Source: Catajapyx aquilonaris
Lineage: Eukaryota
Length of the DNA stretch: 64,000 nucleotides
Assembly (NCBI GenBank): GCA_000934665.2
Contig: JYFJ02001993.1
Span: 1 to 64,000, forward strand
Direction: 5' to 3'
The notes below the pieces were generated by a model. The model ran no database searches. It was not told the origin of the DNA and worked only from the letters and a program-made list of their open reading frames with translations. The translations under genes and the position numbers were made by a program. Shown one piece after another: positions 13,301-25,821 of the stretch (position 1 is its first letter; each line of letters begins with the position of its first letter).

Positions 13301-15062
13301 TCTTCTTCCCTCAGGACTTTCCAGAACTGAGTTGATCTAGGTTGGAGGTGATTAGAAAAAGGGATTTTCTGCTACAACTTGTCGGAGCCGAATTGACGGT
13401 TCCTGAGGAGGACTAGGGGAGCTTCATGTGGAGAGTAACAAGTTGGTCCTGGGCTTTAGCCTTAATCCGATTATTTCCCAGAGATTTTTGCGGATTCTTA
13501 TACTTTCCAAATCTCCCATCCAAAAATTCAAGCTTCAAAGCGTTTTGCGTTATGTAACCACATGCTGGTTATTTTTTTATATATAAAAGTAACTTTGTTG
13601 CTAAGCCCACCTTACCACCATCCCCCGTTAACGATCCAGCAAACTGTTGACTTTGGCTCCTCCCTTTGAAACGGACACTAATTACACGCGCATGATATCC
13701 TCTTTTGAATAACCAAATTAATCACATATTTACTCCGTCACTCAAAACATTTGCACACCTTGACTGTACGGTCGGTTATTTTTTCTCAGGGATATGAGTA
13801 CCCCCGTCTTTTAATCCATCGTTAATGCGCTCTTAATGACTGCTGTCAACGTCATTACACGTCTAAGTTGCGACCTGATTACCTTCGCGTATCCAGTAGC
13901 CTATATGTACCATCAAGATAGAACGAGACATTAAACCAATTACGAATAAGATGACAAGCTGGAGGCTTGGCATAGCCCTACACCATTTTATGAACTTTTT
14001 TTTCCTGTTCGATACCTGCACCATCGGTAATTGAATCATGTCCGTATTGACTCGAGCATCAGGGTCCAATTCGCCAAGCAGGACCTTGGATAGAGTGGGT
14101 AGGTCCTCTCCTAATTATAGGGAAGAGGCTGAAGGGGGAAGTCTGCTCCAGGGAGAATTTTGCTCTTGACAGGGCAGCTCCTGGAAATAATACCATGGGG
14201 AAGGCTATATTTAGGCAGAATTATTGCACTTGTAGCATCTTATACGTGTACCGGCACACTCTCGTTCAGTTTCCACTTTAAAATGGATCAGTTTTACATC
14301 AATTAAAGACGCCCTCATTTTTGCTCAAAAAGTTAAAAATTAATTTTTCACTTATATCTATAAATTTCCGCATACTTGGAATATCCTTTATAAGTGGAAA
14401 CTGAATGAGGGTGTACTGGTAGAGAAAATGTGCATGCCGTCCCTTTTGTGCTGGGTGAATGGTACTTGAATGAAGTGATGCGAAGGCAGAATACAATGTG
14501 GAGATTAATAAAGGCACTGACAGAATTTGCCGGAGTTTGGAATGAAGTTGACGCGCTAATGCGAAAGCTTGAGTGAGATTGAACATGTAAAACTGTCTCG
14601 TTACAAAAATAATAGGCCGACAACAAGACTGTTTAGCTTGTGGCCAACATGTGACATCGATCGAGTTCAATTACGATACCAGTTGCATTTCAAACCATTT
14701 GCATGCAAAGCAAGCGGCTGATATTCCGTTTGTGAATGTTGCAGTTTTTTTTAGTATTCTCTTTATAATTGCAAGCTACGGTGATGTAAACTATAGTTTA
14801 GAGTGTTGCGGAACTCGTACGTTATGGGCCGCTGGTATAATTGGAAAGCAAAAGAAGCAATTACAAAGGGTAAGTCGAAGACTGCCCAGAGGCCATTTTC
14901 GCTGAAATGAAATTATGAACAGAGGAAAATTCATTATTCTAGCAATTTTGCACCGCATTCGCCAAGTGCAGCGGTGAATATGATAACTGCAAAGCGGTAC
15001 CTTTATTATTTTTGCAGAACAAGTTGAAAAACAGAACCAGCAGTTCATAGCATTGCATTGGT

Positions 15063-15290
15063 TTATTAGACTTTTTCGAGAAAAAAGTCTTATAGAATGG
15101 CTCTGTCTGCTGTCTGTGGACAGGTGTCTGACAGACAGAGCCGTGCTATGAGACTTTTCTTCGATTTTCGGGTTCCGGGTGCACTCTATCCGCTCCTTCC
15201 CCCTGCCTGACCCTTTCCCCCACCACCCCCTACTCCTGACCGCGCCTCCTTCCTCCCACCACCTGATACCTTTCCACAGACGGACGGACA
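15063..15290. mobile_element. DINE-1/HINE-like (Helentron-associated) non-autonomous repeat
   Basis: 27-bp inverted repeat 15083-15109 / 15132-15158, CTGT/ACAG/ACGG microsatellite units (cagacggacggaca at the 3' end) and a C-rich core. Confidence 0.4.
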
Positions 15291-15397
15291 TACTATATCA
15301 CTCAAAAACATAGAGACGATTTTGCATTTGACTCAAGTGCAGCCTGCACTTGAATCAAATGCAAAATCGTCTCTATGTTTTTGAGCGATATATAGTA
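15291..15397. repeat. Near-perfect 107-bp palindrome, 1-nt centre (15343)
   Basis: Arms of 52 and 54 nt, with 2 substitutions and one TA indel. Confidence 0.95.
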
Positions 15398-15498
15398 CAG
15401 ACCCGTGTTATACTAACACTTTTTTCGATGGGTGAGAAAAGGTCTAAAATATGGGTTTGCTAGGATAGATTTTTTAAAGGGGAAAGGGACGGTCTATA

Positions 15499-15922
15499 CA
15501 GGGTGTATCTGAACTCAGTGCCCCGACGTATATGACTGCCTTCCTAGCCACCAGAGGATCGATTTAAGTATAGGAGTCATATGTCTGGGCAGCCTCATTA
15601 CGGAGATAATTGGCCGCAAACATGTAGTACAAAATATCCTGTCGGTTAGGCCACCCATCGAACCCTCCCCCAGTCAGAAGGCTCTGGAAGGTCTGGGGGC
15701 GGGACTTGGCTGGTTTGTTGCCCACAGGTGGTAAGGCCTCTTTGGCTAGTTACACCAGAAAAATCCATTAAAAAGTCAGAAGGAGCGATTAGGCAAAAAT
15801 CGCTAAAGAGTGTATCTCAGTAATGAGGCTGCCCAGACATATGATTCCTATACTTAAATCGATCCTCTGGTGGCTAGGAAGGCAGTCATATACGTCGGGG
15901 CACTGAGTTCAGATACACCCTG
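15499..15922. mobile_element. Tc1/mariner-type MITE, 424 bp, 110-bp TIRs, TA target-site duplication
   Basis: TA|CAGGGTGTATCTGAAC...GTTCAGATACACCCTG|TA. Arms 15499-15608 and 15813-15922 differ at 2 positions. Confidence 0.9.
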
Positions 15923-16067
15923 TATAGGGGTACGAGGAGGTGGTGGTAGGAGGAGAGAGGGGGAAAAGGGTAAGTTCACTTTTGGCCGAAAATGAGTTAT
16001 GGGTGGTTTCAGTCCCAGTCCCAGTCCCGGACGGACGTTGAGGACAATAGCAGTAAACAGGTCTCAA

Positions 16068-16128
16068 ACCCAAAGTTTCCAGGTGTCGTCTAATATTTAA
16101 TATTAGACGACACCTGGAAACTTTGGGT
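16068..16128. repeat. Perfect 61-bp palindrome, 1-nt centre (16098)
   Basis: acccaaagtttccaggtgtcgtctaatatt-t-aatattagacgacacctggaaactttgggt. Confidence 0.97.
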
Positions 16129-19100
16129 AACTTTTACGATAACTGAAATTCTAAATTCTAACTTCAATGCGTGGCAAATATGTGGAAAATTGTCTATAGA
16201 TAGACCTGTAGAGTAAGCTAAAAACCACCCACTGCCGAACACTGCCGTGATATTATCCTTTTCTGTCGTACCTGTTTTTCGCAAGTCCTGGTGGCTGCAG
16301 TGGTCAGGTGGCCAGCGAGTTTACATATATTTTTCCTCTTGTACTAAACCGCTACTAGAATACACTGCAAACTACACATTTACTCTGCAGAAGTGTGGGT
16401 GTCACCGGAATATAAAGTAGTGTACAGTGCAAACATGTCCTTGTTTTGAATTGAAGCGCAATTTTATATAAAGTCAAGTTATGAGTAAAATGTCACCCGG
16501 ATAGGATTTTTGATCGATGCGGATTTTCCTATATTAGTATATTTAATACAACCGGCACAGTTACACATCAATCCTAATCGAGTCGTAAGAATTTGGGAGC
16601 CTCACGAACCAAGTTTGGAACTCATTTTTACTGGACTCTCGCCAGGCAAGTATGAGGTGATTTACTTCTACTATTGTGCAAAAATGGAAATGCACATAAG
16701 TAGTCTCGATTGAATAGTGAGTAATATCTGCAGTGCCAGACGCGCAAACAGCATGAATTAGCCAGAAATATATTGAAAATATGAAATTCCGGATTTTAAT
16801 GATCATTTGAAACTGCATTATAATCCACATGTGCAAAGCAAAAGATGTCGTTGCAGCCAACAAACCCCTGCAAAAAACCATCCACCCTGAATGGCTCCTC
16901 CTGAAGTTCAACGGCCAATAGTGTCGTCGGCATTTCCAAGTTGGAATTCTAGTCTCGGATCGTTGAAATGGAAGGCGGTCGTGCGTTCCGTGCTGGTGGC
17001 GCCTCTTTAATCACCATCTAGAGAGAGCTTGTGAGCAGAGCAGGGACCCCTGAGGATCCGCCAGCTTTACCTTTCTGGCAGGCGACCCTCTGAGCACGTC
17101 AATCTGGCCCTACCTTAACACACACTTTACAAAGCTCAGCCCCGTAGCCAAATCAAGTGACGTTTGGCGGCACTTGCAGCCCAATAATCGCTTCATTGCG
17201 CAGCTTGAGACTCGGTCTAATGCCAGCCCTTTTCTTTGTAATCTTACTGTATACCTGCAGGATGTCAACCGGGAAGAGCCCCATTCCAAGCTTGGTTGAA
17301 AAGGCGTAGTCTATACTCTATATAGGTATTCATCGACGCATCTTCTGCTCATGTACTGTACAGTATAAGCTATAAGTTATTGAAATGCAGAGCTAAAATG
17401 TCTGCTTACCTGATGTATTTTTGTGACATTTGACCCTTTTAACAACATTGTTTAATAATGACATGGTTTAGATAGCTTATACTAGTTATACATTCTGACA
17501 CATCTGATGCGTATAACGATTGTCACTTTTCATGCGTTTGTATACCTCTCTGTATTTCAATCTTTCACCATTCCTAGCCATTGAAACGAAGTTTAGTGTA
17601 AGAGAGTGGAGTAAATTGAGCGTAGTTGCTCTTCTGTTCGGTAGTTCGCTAACCACGCTATTTACCAGCGTTGCCGTGTTGGTATCTTTGCAGTACTTTG
17701 AGAGAGCTGGTTGGCTCTCATCGCATCCCACAAATTGTCCGGATCCTTTGTTCAGAAGTCCCCTGCATTTAGGTGCAGCGATGCTTGTGTTCCCAATGAC
17801 CCAGCACAGACATTTTAGTAATGGCTGATTTCAATCATGTACTGTACATCTGAATTTTGTTGTCCTCTAAACAGATGCATACTCAAAATGCAATAATGGC
17901 AGACTATAAGTCGCCGTATATTAACTACGGCAAGAATTCTTTTCTTTCCTCCTCGGCGATCTCCTCTAGCGAAAAATATTTTACGTCCACCAGAATAATG
18001 GGAATGGCAGTAGAACATGATGAAGTACCCTCTAACTATATGTATCCAGGTGGAAATTGAGCTGCAAGAGAATAACAACAGTTTTTGTGAATGCATCAGA
18101 TCCGTGTAAGGCCCCTATGTAACAGTGCATCATGTATATCAGTAGAAAATACTTAGGAAACTGTTAAAGTACACACAAACGCTACTAATAGCACGATTTC
18201 AGCTTGTCCTACATTATGCATCGCAAAAGCTGTACTGTACTGTATACATAATATATAATCATAGGGCAAGAAAAGGCATAGCATTGAATTGTAGCGGAGG
18301 TGAATAATTAACATGCCCATCCAGAAGCACAGGATTCAGCAAGGATGAACTTGACTGCTATAGGGCAATAATTCTGTTCTATAGTTTTTTCAATGGCGAA
18401 CTTCAAAAGAGGGGTCGTGTACACAATGGCAGGCTGAGATTTTCTAGCCATTATATGTGGAGTCAGAGAACGCATTGACAACAAAGAGGCGGGGAAAAGG
18501 GTAGCCGTTCAAATCAAATGAGAGGAAAAAAAAGTATAGAATAGAGAAGCGGTACTGCTTTTGTTCTGCAAGCCCTCGATTGGACATTGATGGATAGACT
18601 CCTGGCCCTCCCGGATTCTTTGAAACACCGCCCCAGGGTCCGTTTGTATCTATTCTCTCTCTCTCGCGCGCTTGCATCTGAGAGAGTATTCGGAGAATTC
18701 TCAGGCCCAACTGTAAACCCGCTGCCCGTGTTATTATATGTGGAGAAGTGTAGACTGTTGGCAATAACCTTAAAGGCTCATGGCAGTGCAAATAGATACT
18801 AGTTTGATTGAGAAATATCGCTAACGAACCTGATTTTAGCTGTGGACATCTGCACCTTTCAACTGGAATTGCGGTCAGATTATACCTTGGAAACGCCTAC
18901 TGTCGTACTGTAATACATGAAGCCATACGTTGAAGGTGCTTTGGTCAAGCAATGAATGGAATTGACCTACATTTCTGTAAAACCGTGTTCACCTCTTTGA
19001 AAGGACTACGTGTTCTAGATTCGCATTGTCCTCAAATTTATTTCCGTACTCAAGTTGGGCAGCTACGTTAACGACATGGTCATATTTACTGTACATCCTC

Positions 19101-20129
19101 ATCCCTCTCCAAAATGTGAACTTCAACTTGAACTTTAGAAAGTCAAAGTAATTTTCTGCAATAGTGTGTTAATGACTTCATAACAGCATTTCGCATTCAG
19201 CCATTACCTTCTTATAACCAAATAAACGGCGGCGAAGCGTAAGATGTTTGTTGAAAACCACTCGCGCCCTTTGAAAATGTGCGCCGCAGGAGATGAAAGG
19301 TGCCAGTGTGGCTTTCAGGTGTTGTAACATTTTCTGCCCAAGCCCTTCAGATTGATTCCGAAAGAAGGCTTACCCAGTATGAGAGTGCACAATAGGCTGA
19401 AGCAACGGATAAGGAAGTAAGTCAGAGTGAGATCGACTTCTGAGCTCATTTTCAATCGAAAGGAATGGGTGAGAAGATGCTCTGATGTGATTGAGTGAAG
19501 ATGATCCATCCTATAGCAAAATATACACCAGTCAAGGGCATATACTTGAAGTTTGCTATAAATGGCTTATCTCTTTTCAAGGATAGGATATCATGCCTTT
19601 ATTAAAGCTCTCCCTTAAAAATCCGAGTCAATTAAAGTATGCTTGCGTTGCTGATGATTTCACATAAAAAATCAATTCCATCAATATTGACTCAGTACGT
19701 GGTATTTTCCCCCAACCTGATGCAGTTAAAATCCATAAGCACTTTTTCAACCTACACATAAACCCACCCGTCTCGTATATGCGATTCTGTTTAATCTCCC
19801 CCTTCTGCATTCCGTCTCTGAGGACCCCAATTAAATTAGACCTGCAAAATCAAGCGCCTCTGAAACTATTTGTGTACTATTGGGACCGAACCGAACCAAG
19901 TGACATGAGTTTGAGAATCAGTGTAAGTCACATGGATCAGGAAATCTCAAAACTGAACTCATATAAACCACAATCGCATCATGGATATCCGGCAAAAATA
20001 AGCGCCATTATTTTTAGGACATTCGCACGATAAGTCACCCCCTTGCTTCCTGCATGTAAAAATATGCCTGAAATGAGCGCGATTTCTCAATTTTTTATTA
20101 GTTCCGGGAGAATTTCAGTTCAACTCGGA

Positions 20130-20534
20130 GGGTTAGGAATGGTTGGGGGGTTGATGTCAGGGGGAGGGAGGAGGAAGGAAGGAAGAGAGTGGGGAGGGGG
20201 ATGTTGGGGAGGGAAGGGAGTAAAGTATTGAAGTCGAGGCGTAACCATGACGACGGGGGGCTACGTCATCACCTCTGTACCCAGTCCACTTTCGGCTTCC
20301 GATGCGCACGGTTCCCCGGCTCCTCTAGGGCTCACCAAAAACCGACTGGAAATGAAAGAAAGAAAGAGAATAGAAAGAAAAACAAGGAAAGTACTAGCTA
20401 GGGCCATTCCCTCCGCCTAGCTCGTGGGGATGGGAGCCAATAGACTCGTGCGCCTTAGTTCTGGGTGCTCCGTACGTGGACCGGACCCCACTCTTTGCAT
20501 GATTGATGGCGTGACCGGTGCTGCAAAGGTAAGG
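20130..20534 (+). promoter_or_regulatory. Second candidate promoter and non-coding first exon ending at the donor AAG|gtaagg (20528/20529)
   Basis: G-rich homopurine tract 20140-20220, CRE-like tgacg/cgtca half-sites, GC-rich segment and a strong donor, about 5 kb upstream of the GPCR start codon. Confidence 0.35.
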
Positions 20535-22319
20535 ACCATGTGCATCGGCTGTCATTTTGGGCATCTCTGCTGCTGATGGTATGTCATGCAGAAATTGTCG
20601 TTTGTACACGTGGGTTCCGGGCCTTCTCGTAACGGTTTTTGGCACTGACGCTTCCCAGCGTGAGCCAATGGGAACTCGCTGCTCGTTGCGATTTTTATAA
20701 CATGCTATAATTCACTATTTCATACACTATTGCAGCTATAATGACAGGTGTCTCGTATATCGGAAATAAGAACGTTCCGCCATGCTAATTGACAGCTTGC
20801 TTCTCCAAATTTACTGCCCCAACACCCAAGAGACAGCCATTTTGGTGGCTCCGTTCTTGCAGAGCAGAGAAAATTTGCTTGCTTTGAGCATATAGTAGAA
20901 TGTCCTGAGGAGTCATCAAACCGTGTAATGGTGTTCCTCCAGGCGCAAAAAGACTTGAGTTGTGCGACTCACACTTGGTCGACCCCAACCATGGATGAAG
21001 CAACTGCGCTCTTCTGTACGTTATTTTTCTTGCTCTAACCGCCGCGCAGAGAGTGCTGATTGGCTAAGAGCAAGGCGTCTAGGTAGCCAGTTTAAGCCGG
21101 ACCATGGTGCGAAAACGAGGTCCTAACGGATTTGTGGACCTTTGCCAGTGGATTAGAGGAGCTGCAGTTGTAGACAAACACGGGGCTTTTGCTAAAACTG
21201 CCTAGACCAGCGTAAAAGGGGGGGGGGGTGCTGTAGGGTCGTAAAGCAAAAGAGAATGGCATGTTTATTCATGTACGATTGTTCCTAATAGCTATGCGGG
21301 GGAAATGCTCTTTGGCAGTGCAGCATCTGTAAATGGACCATGGGCTAAGTATAATCTATAGTAGGGTTGGATAAGTTTTATTTGAAATCGATAGCTTGGT
21401 TGAGGCCCATGACCACACGTTCGAGATAGCTGATTTTAGCGTGGAAACTTTCAGCTGCACATTTTTGCTATACTAACGGGTTATAAAAATGCTTTATTTT
21501 TGTGGTTCATGTCCTGCACACCCTGTAATATTGTACCTCCATCGATTGTAATAAAAACGGATCTGAAATAAACGCGTTAAATGGCGTCGAAATGAACGGA
21601 AGTTGCTAGTAGATATTAGGGCTCTGAATAACTGCGGATGCCGGATCTAAAAGAGGGACGTTGACATTGATCCCTCAAAGTAGCATCAACTGTGAACCTA
21701 ATAAAGGTTCCTCTATCTCCCTTCATTTACATTCTTATTAGAGCGAGGGGAATTTTAATTAAAATCTCCTTATGTGGCAGATGTAAAAGAGTGAATCTAA
21801 CTGAGCCCCCCCAGTTCAAATGAAGCGGAAAAAGCCTCTGACATTCCGCAGACTAACCAGCATCATTCACTCGGTTCCGTTTTTACCTCTACTGAAGGGA
21901 ATTTTCGCCTATTGGTAAAAGACTTCAATATGAAATTCATCCCTGCCGATTCATATCTACGATGGATAATTCGACACTGAATTTCATGCCTGAGTGCCTG
22001 CTGAAAAAAAGCGAACAATTTGACCTGATTCAAAGTGAGAATAATTTCAACATGTCTCTATGTGAACGATTTTTTTGCAAAATGTTGTCCCTGGAGAAAT
22101 TGATATCTAATATTGAGGCCGATTTCTGAACTCATGACCCTGTAGTTTCACGAGTAGCTTGCATCACCGGAGCACAATGTTGTATGCTGTACGTGCTTTC
22201 AGTTACCAATATGATTACTCCAAGCACCGTGAAATAGATGGCGTAGAGCCGTAGACAAAAGGCCTAGCTTTCTCTCCGGAATACCATCCTTTTGTGGGTT
22301 GGTCTTCTCCTACGGTCCC

Positions 22320-22840
22320 GTATAATCCTGCATCACCGGTGAAGTTTCCGGAACCTCCATGAAAATCAAGCACGTCTTGGAATCGATGGCAGGCAACGCT
22401 TGAAAAAAAGAAAAAGGGTAGACCGCTCCAAGAAAAAGATGAGCCTCGTAAAAAAAAGCAGCAATGGAAGGCTGTGCTTTTCAGCATGATTGAAGCAAGA
22501 CATGGTAGCTAATATTAGCAGCTTGGGATGTCTTCCGTGAAAATGGAAAAAAATTGTGGGATGAATTATTGAAGGCCGATATACGTCAAAATATTTGGAG
22601 GAATGTAGGAAAGTTCCTCAATATGGAGGTAAATGTCATGCTTCAAAATTAAGTGAGGAGTACTGATGGTTAACCATGCCATACTGCACTTTGATGCGGT
22701 TTGAAAATAGGATTGACGTGCTTGAAGGGTCAACCACCGTGTAGGGCAAAGTCAACTGCGCAAAAAAGTGATTAAGGGTTGCTTTTTCTGTAAGAGAGAA
22801 ACTACTAGACTTCGCTTTTTTTGGTTTTTGCAAATCGACG
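22320..22840 (+). mobile_element. Possible decayed Gypsy (Mag-like) gag fragment
   Basis: PASPVKFPEPP*KSSTSWNRWQATLE...KAVLFSMI, then CFFCKR...FCKS resembling a zinc knuckle. Heavily degenerate. Confidence 0.28.
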
Positions 22841-25665
22841 TAAGCAGACATTGGGATTCATTAGAAATTCTACAAAAAAATGTGTGACTAGGAAATCATT
22901 CGCGGTAGGTTGGGCAGGAAAAGAGACAACTCTTGTGACAGACGAGGGGCAAAAACGTGCTGACTGATTGAATGGTTGTCGCTGATGAATGCGTGGAACT
23001 GCAGGTTAGCCCCCACAGGACTGGTGGAAAACAAATGCGCCTGTAAACGTGTCCGTTCCAACTGACTTGCAACTGAATTGCTCTGGAATATTTATACACC
23101 CTGGTTAAAGTGAACTTTTTTTTCAAAACTGCTGCACATGGGAAAAATGTATGGGGGACACGCTGCAGAGTGCATAAAATTATGCAAAAGAGCGAGCATG
23201 GGCTGGCTAATTGCAAAAAAATCATTTATACATGCCAACACCAATCAACTGATAGTTAGATGAACTTTAATATTCCATAGCGAATTATTGCTAACTTACT
23301 ATCAAGTAGGTTACATAATAGTCACTTCGTCATTGACTGTTATACGTAAATATGTTTCAAAGGTAATTGTATCATCGTCACTGTTTGCATACTCTGTACA
23401 ATGCTGTTCAACTGCTCAAAGTTTGACGTCCATAAATTCTTGGCCACAAGTGTTTATGATTCGCGTCAACTGGGCTACCGCTTTAAATGTGGTATATCCT
23501 GCAGGTCTGTTTTGAATGGTGTTTCGTGGCAAAACGTGCGAAAGGGCTCGCAATCAAGGGTAGTGCCAAGGGTGGTACAGTGCAGCATAATATTGATCAC
23601 GTGCGTGAGGAATAATGGCTGTGAAGTTGGATATACATAATAACAGTGTATTGTGGACATTGAGGCAACGAATGTTTCTCGCATTATTACCTAAGTTCGA
23701 TATGCAGAGTACGGATTATTTACTACACTATGTGTGGGTTTCATTTCCAAGTTTTACTACATCTTTAGCGGTGGGCATTAAAAACTGGAAAAATGTGAGA
23801 CAATCGAGAGTATTTAAAATGCAATTGATATTTCAATAACCATTAGAAATAATTCAGAAATGCAATAAAGTCAGAGATTGAGGAAATAATAGTACCTAAA
23901 ATGAGTATAAAGTGAAAGGAATATATAATACATTATGGCAATGATGGAAATGCTTCCAAAGCGTGCTTTGGTAGCCTATTGGTTTTTTTCAGTGAGGTTT
24001 GATTCAAATACTTTGGGTTTTATGATGCGGCTTTTTATAGTTATGGAAACCAACTAAATTAATGATATTAAATTCGATTTTCAGTTTTATATGGAGAACT
24101 CATAACCATTCCACTTCACATATTTCAACTTGCATTCATCTGCCGTTCAATTACAGTCCATTCATTTTTGTTGTATTTCATGCACTCTTTACATTCAATT
24201 CTACATTAACCACTGAATACTATTTGTCTAAGTTTTATTCATCATAAATTTCCTCCCATTCATTCGCGTCATTTTCCATTGAATTGAGGCCTTCTCTTAC
24301 ATCTCCTTCAATTCATCAGCATAAATTAAATCCCTTCTGTCTAGAATATTGCGGCCATGGCATGTATAGGGTACGATATGTACGAGTACAGTACCGCACT
24401 CTGTTCCTAAAGCCTACGACTAACCTCGACACAAAGCAGTAACACAAATGATATCGTCTGTAACATGGATAACAGAATCATTATTATTTTGATGTGCAAA
24501 TCCTTGCATCATTGTGTACACTTTAGTAAATCAAAATGCTCCTAGGTCTGCCCGAGTCGTATACCTAAATACACCTCTTTGTCATACAGTCCTGCTAATT
24601 TTGCATTAATTTTACAATTTACAGGAAATTTTAAAGCACTCATTGTGGGTATTTATTATTTACCCGAGGCTGGGAAAAAATACTCCCCTGGCAGGCGATG
24701 CATGAACTCACGTTTAGCGTGTTACTGCGTGTAATGATGGAGAATTATTTGAACGTCACTGCACATATGGCAAAATAAACTGTTAATTCTGTACCTGACG
24801 GAACGACGAAATTAATATTACACCTGTAGTGTGTACTTCCCTTTATATGGATACCCCATGCAGCAGTTGAAGAGCCAAATTGCAAAAGGTCTTGAGTCAA
24901 CTTTTCCCCCAAAATGAGGTAACTCAAATTTCCTTCACTGCACAGAATGCGTTACATAACAACAACAACACGATGAAAAATCTTGCGCATAAATTTTTTG
25001 CGTTAGTGCGTTGAAAACACGGCTGTCCCTCCCTCTCTCCTTGTTTATAGACGGACTCGGTATATACCTGCGTTGGCATTTTCGACCCCAACATACTTTC
25101 AGCAACTGATAGCAAATGTGGTCCGTATCCCCGGGCCTTGATCCGGGGCCAAATCAGATACGGGGGCGGGAGTGTGTCCTCGTAATTGATTGGATTTTGC
25201 CGCTCTTTGCAGGGAAGCGCTGCCAGGGACCTTCTATATCACTCCTGGGCAAGAGCGACGAGCGAGCGGGAGGTTGCCAAGAGCAGCACCTACATAATAA
25301 CCCACGGTGGTCATCAGCCGAAGATGCGCCAGAGGATGCTGCCGAGTCGGTCTGGCGACTCGCCATCTCCTCTGGAGACCATGTTGGTGTCCCAGCACGT
25401 GTTCGTGGACAACCGTTAAATGGGGAAGTGGCGAAACATGGATGGGAACGAAATGACCTAATCCGCGGACCAAAGTGTGTCGTTTCCCCCTCCCTTCCTT
25501 TTTCCTTCCCTTTGTTACTTCCATTTATTACTCTTTTTGTTGGTAACTCTCCCCCCGTCCTCCACCTCGTTTTTTGGTCAAGTCAAATGGGAAGCCAAAT
25601 GCACCCGATTCAATACGGGGCGGTGAGAGAATGTGCGCGATGACCTGATCCCAATTTTACCCAGC

Positions 25666-25821
25666 ATGGCTGCTTGGGTCATGTGGTTCACGGTTGCCTT
25701 TGTATGCGCGAGTAGTGTGGTGACGGTGTCTGGAAAGGCGGTGAATGGGAGCGGGGGACCCATCCTGGCCGAGAAGAGCTATATGGCTGCCACTGACGAG
25801 CACCAGCTGCATAAGAGTGAG
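25666..25821 (+). CDS. smog: smog-like GPCR coding exon 1 (signal peptide MAAWVMWFTVAFVCASSVVTVSG)
   Basis: agcATGg start context, hydrophobic leader, donor GAG|gtaagg (phase 0) matching the phase-0 acceptor at 26447. Confidence 0.75.

Noticed and set aside
24680..24712. atactcccctggcaggcgatgcatgaactcacg resembles the 5' end of U1 snRNA
   Set aside because: The essential ACTTAC splice-site-pairing sequence is altered, the similarity stops after about 30 nt, and no downstream U1 stems or Sm site are visible.
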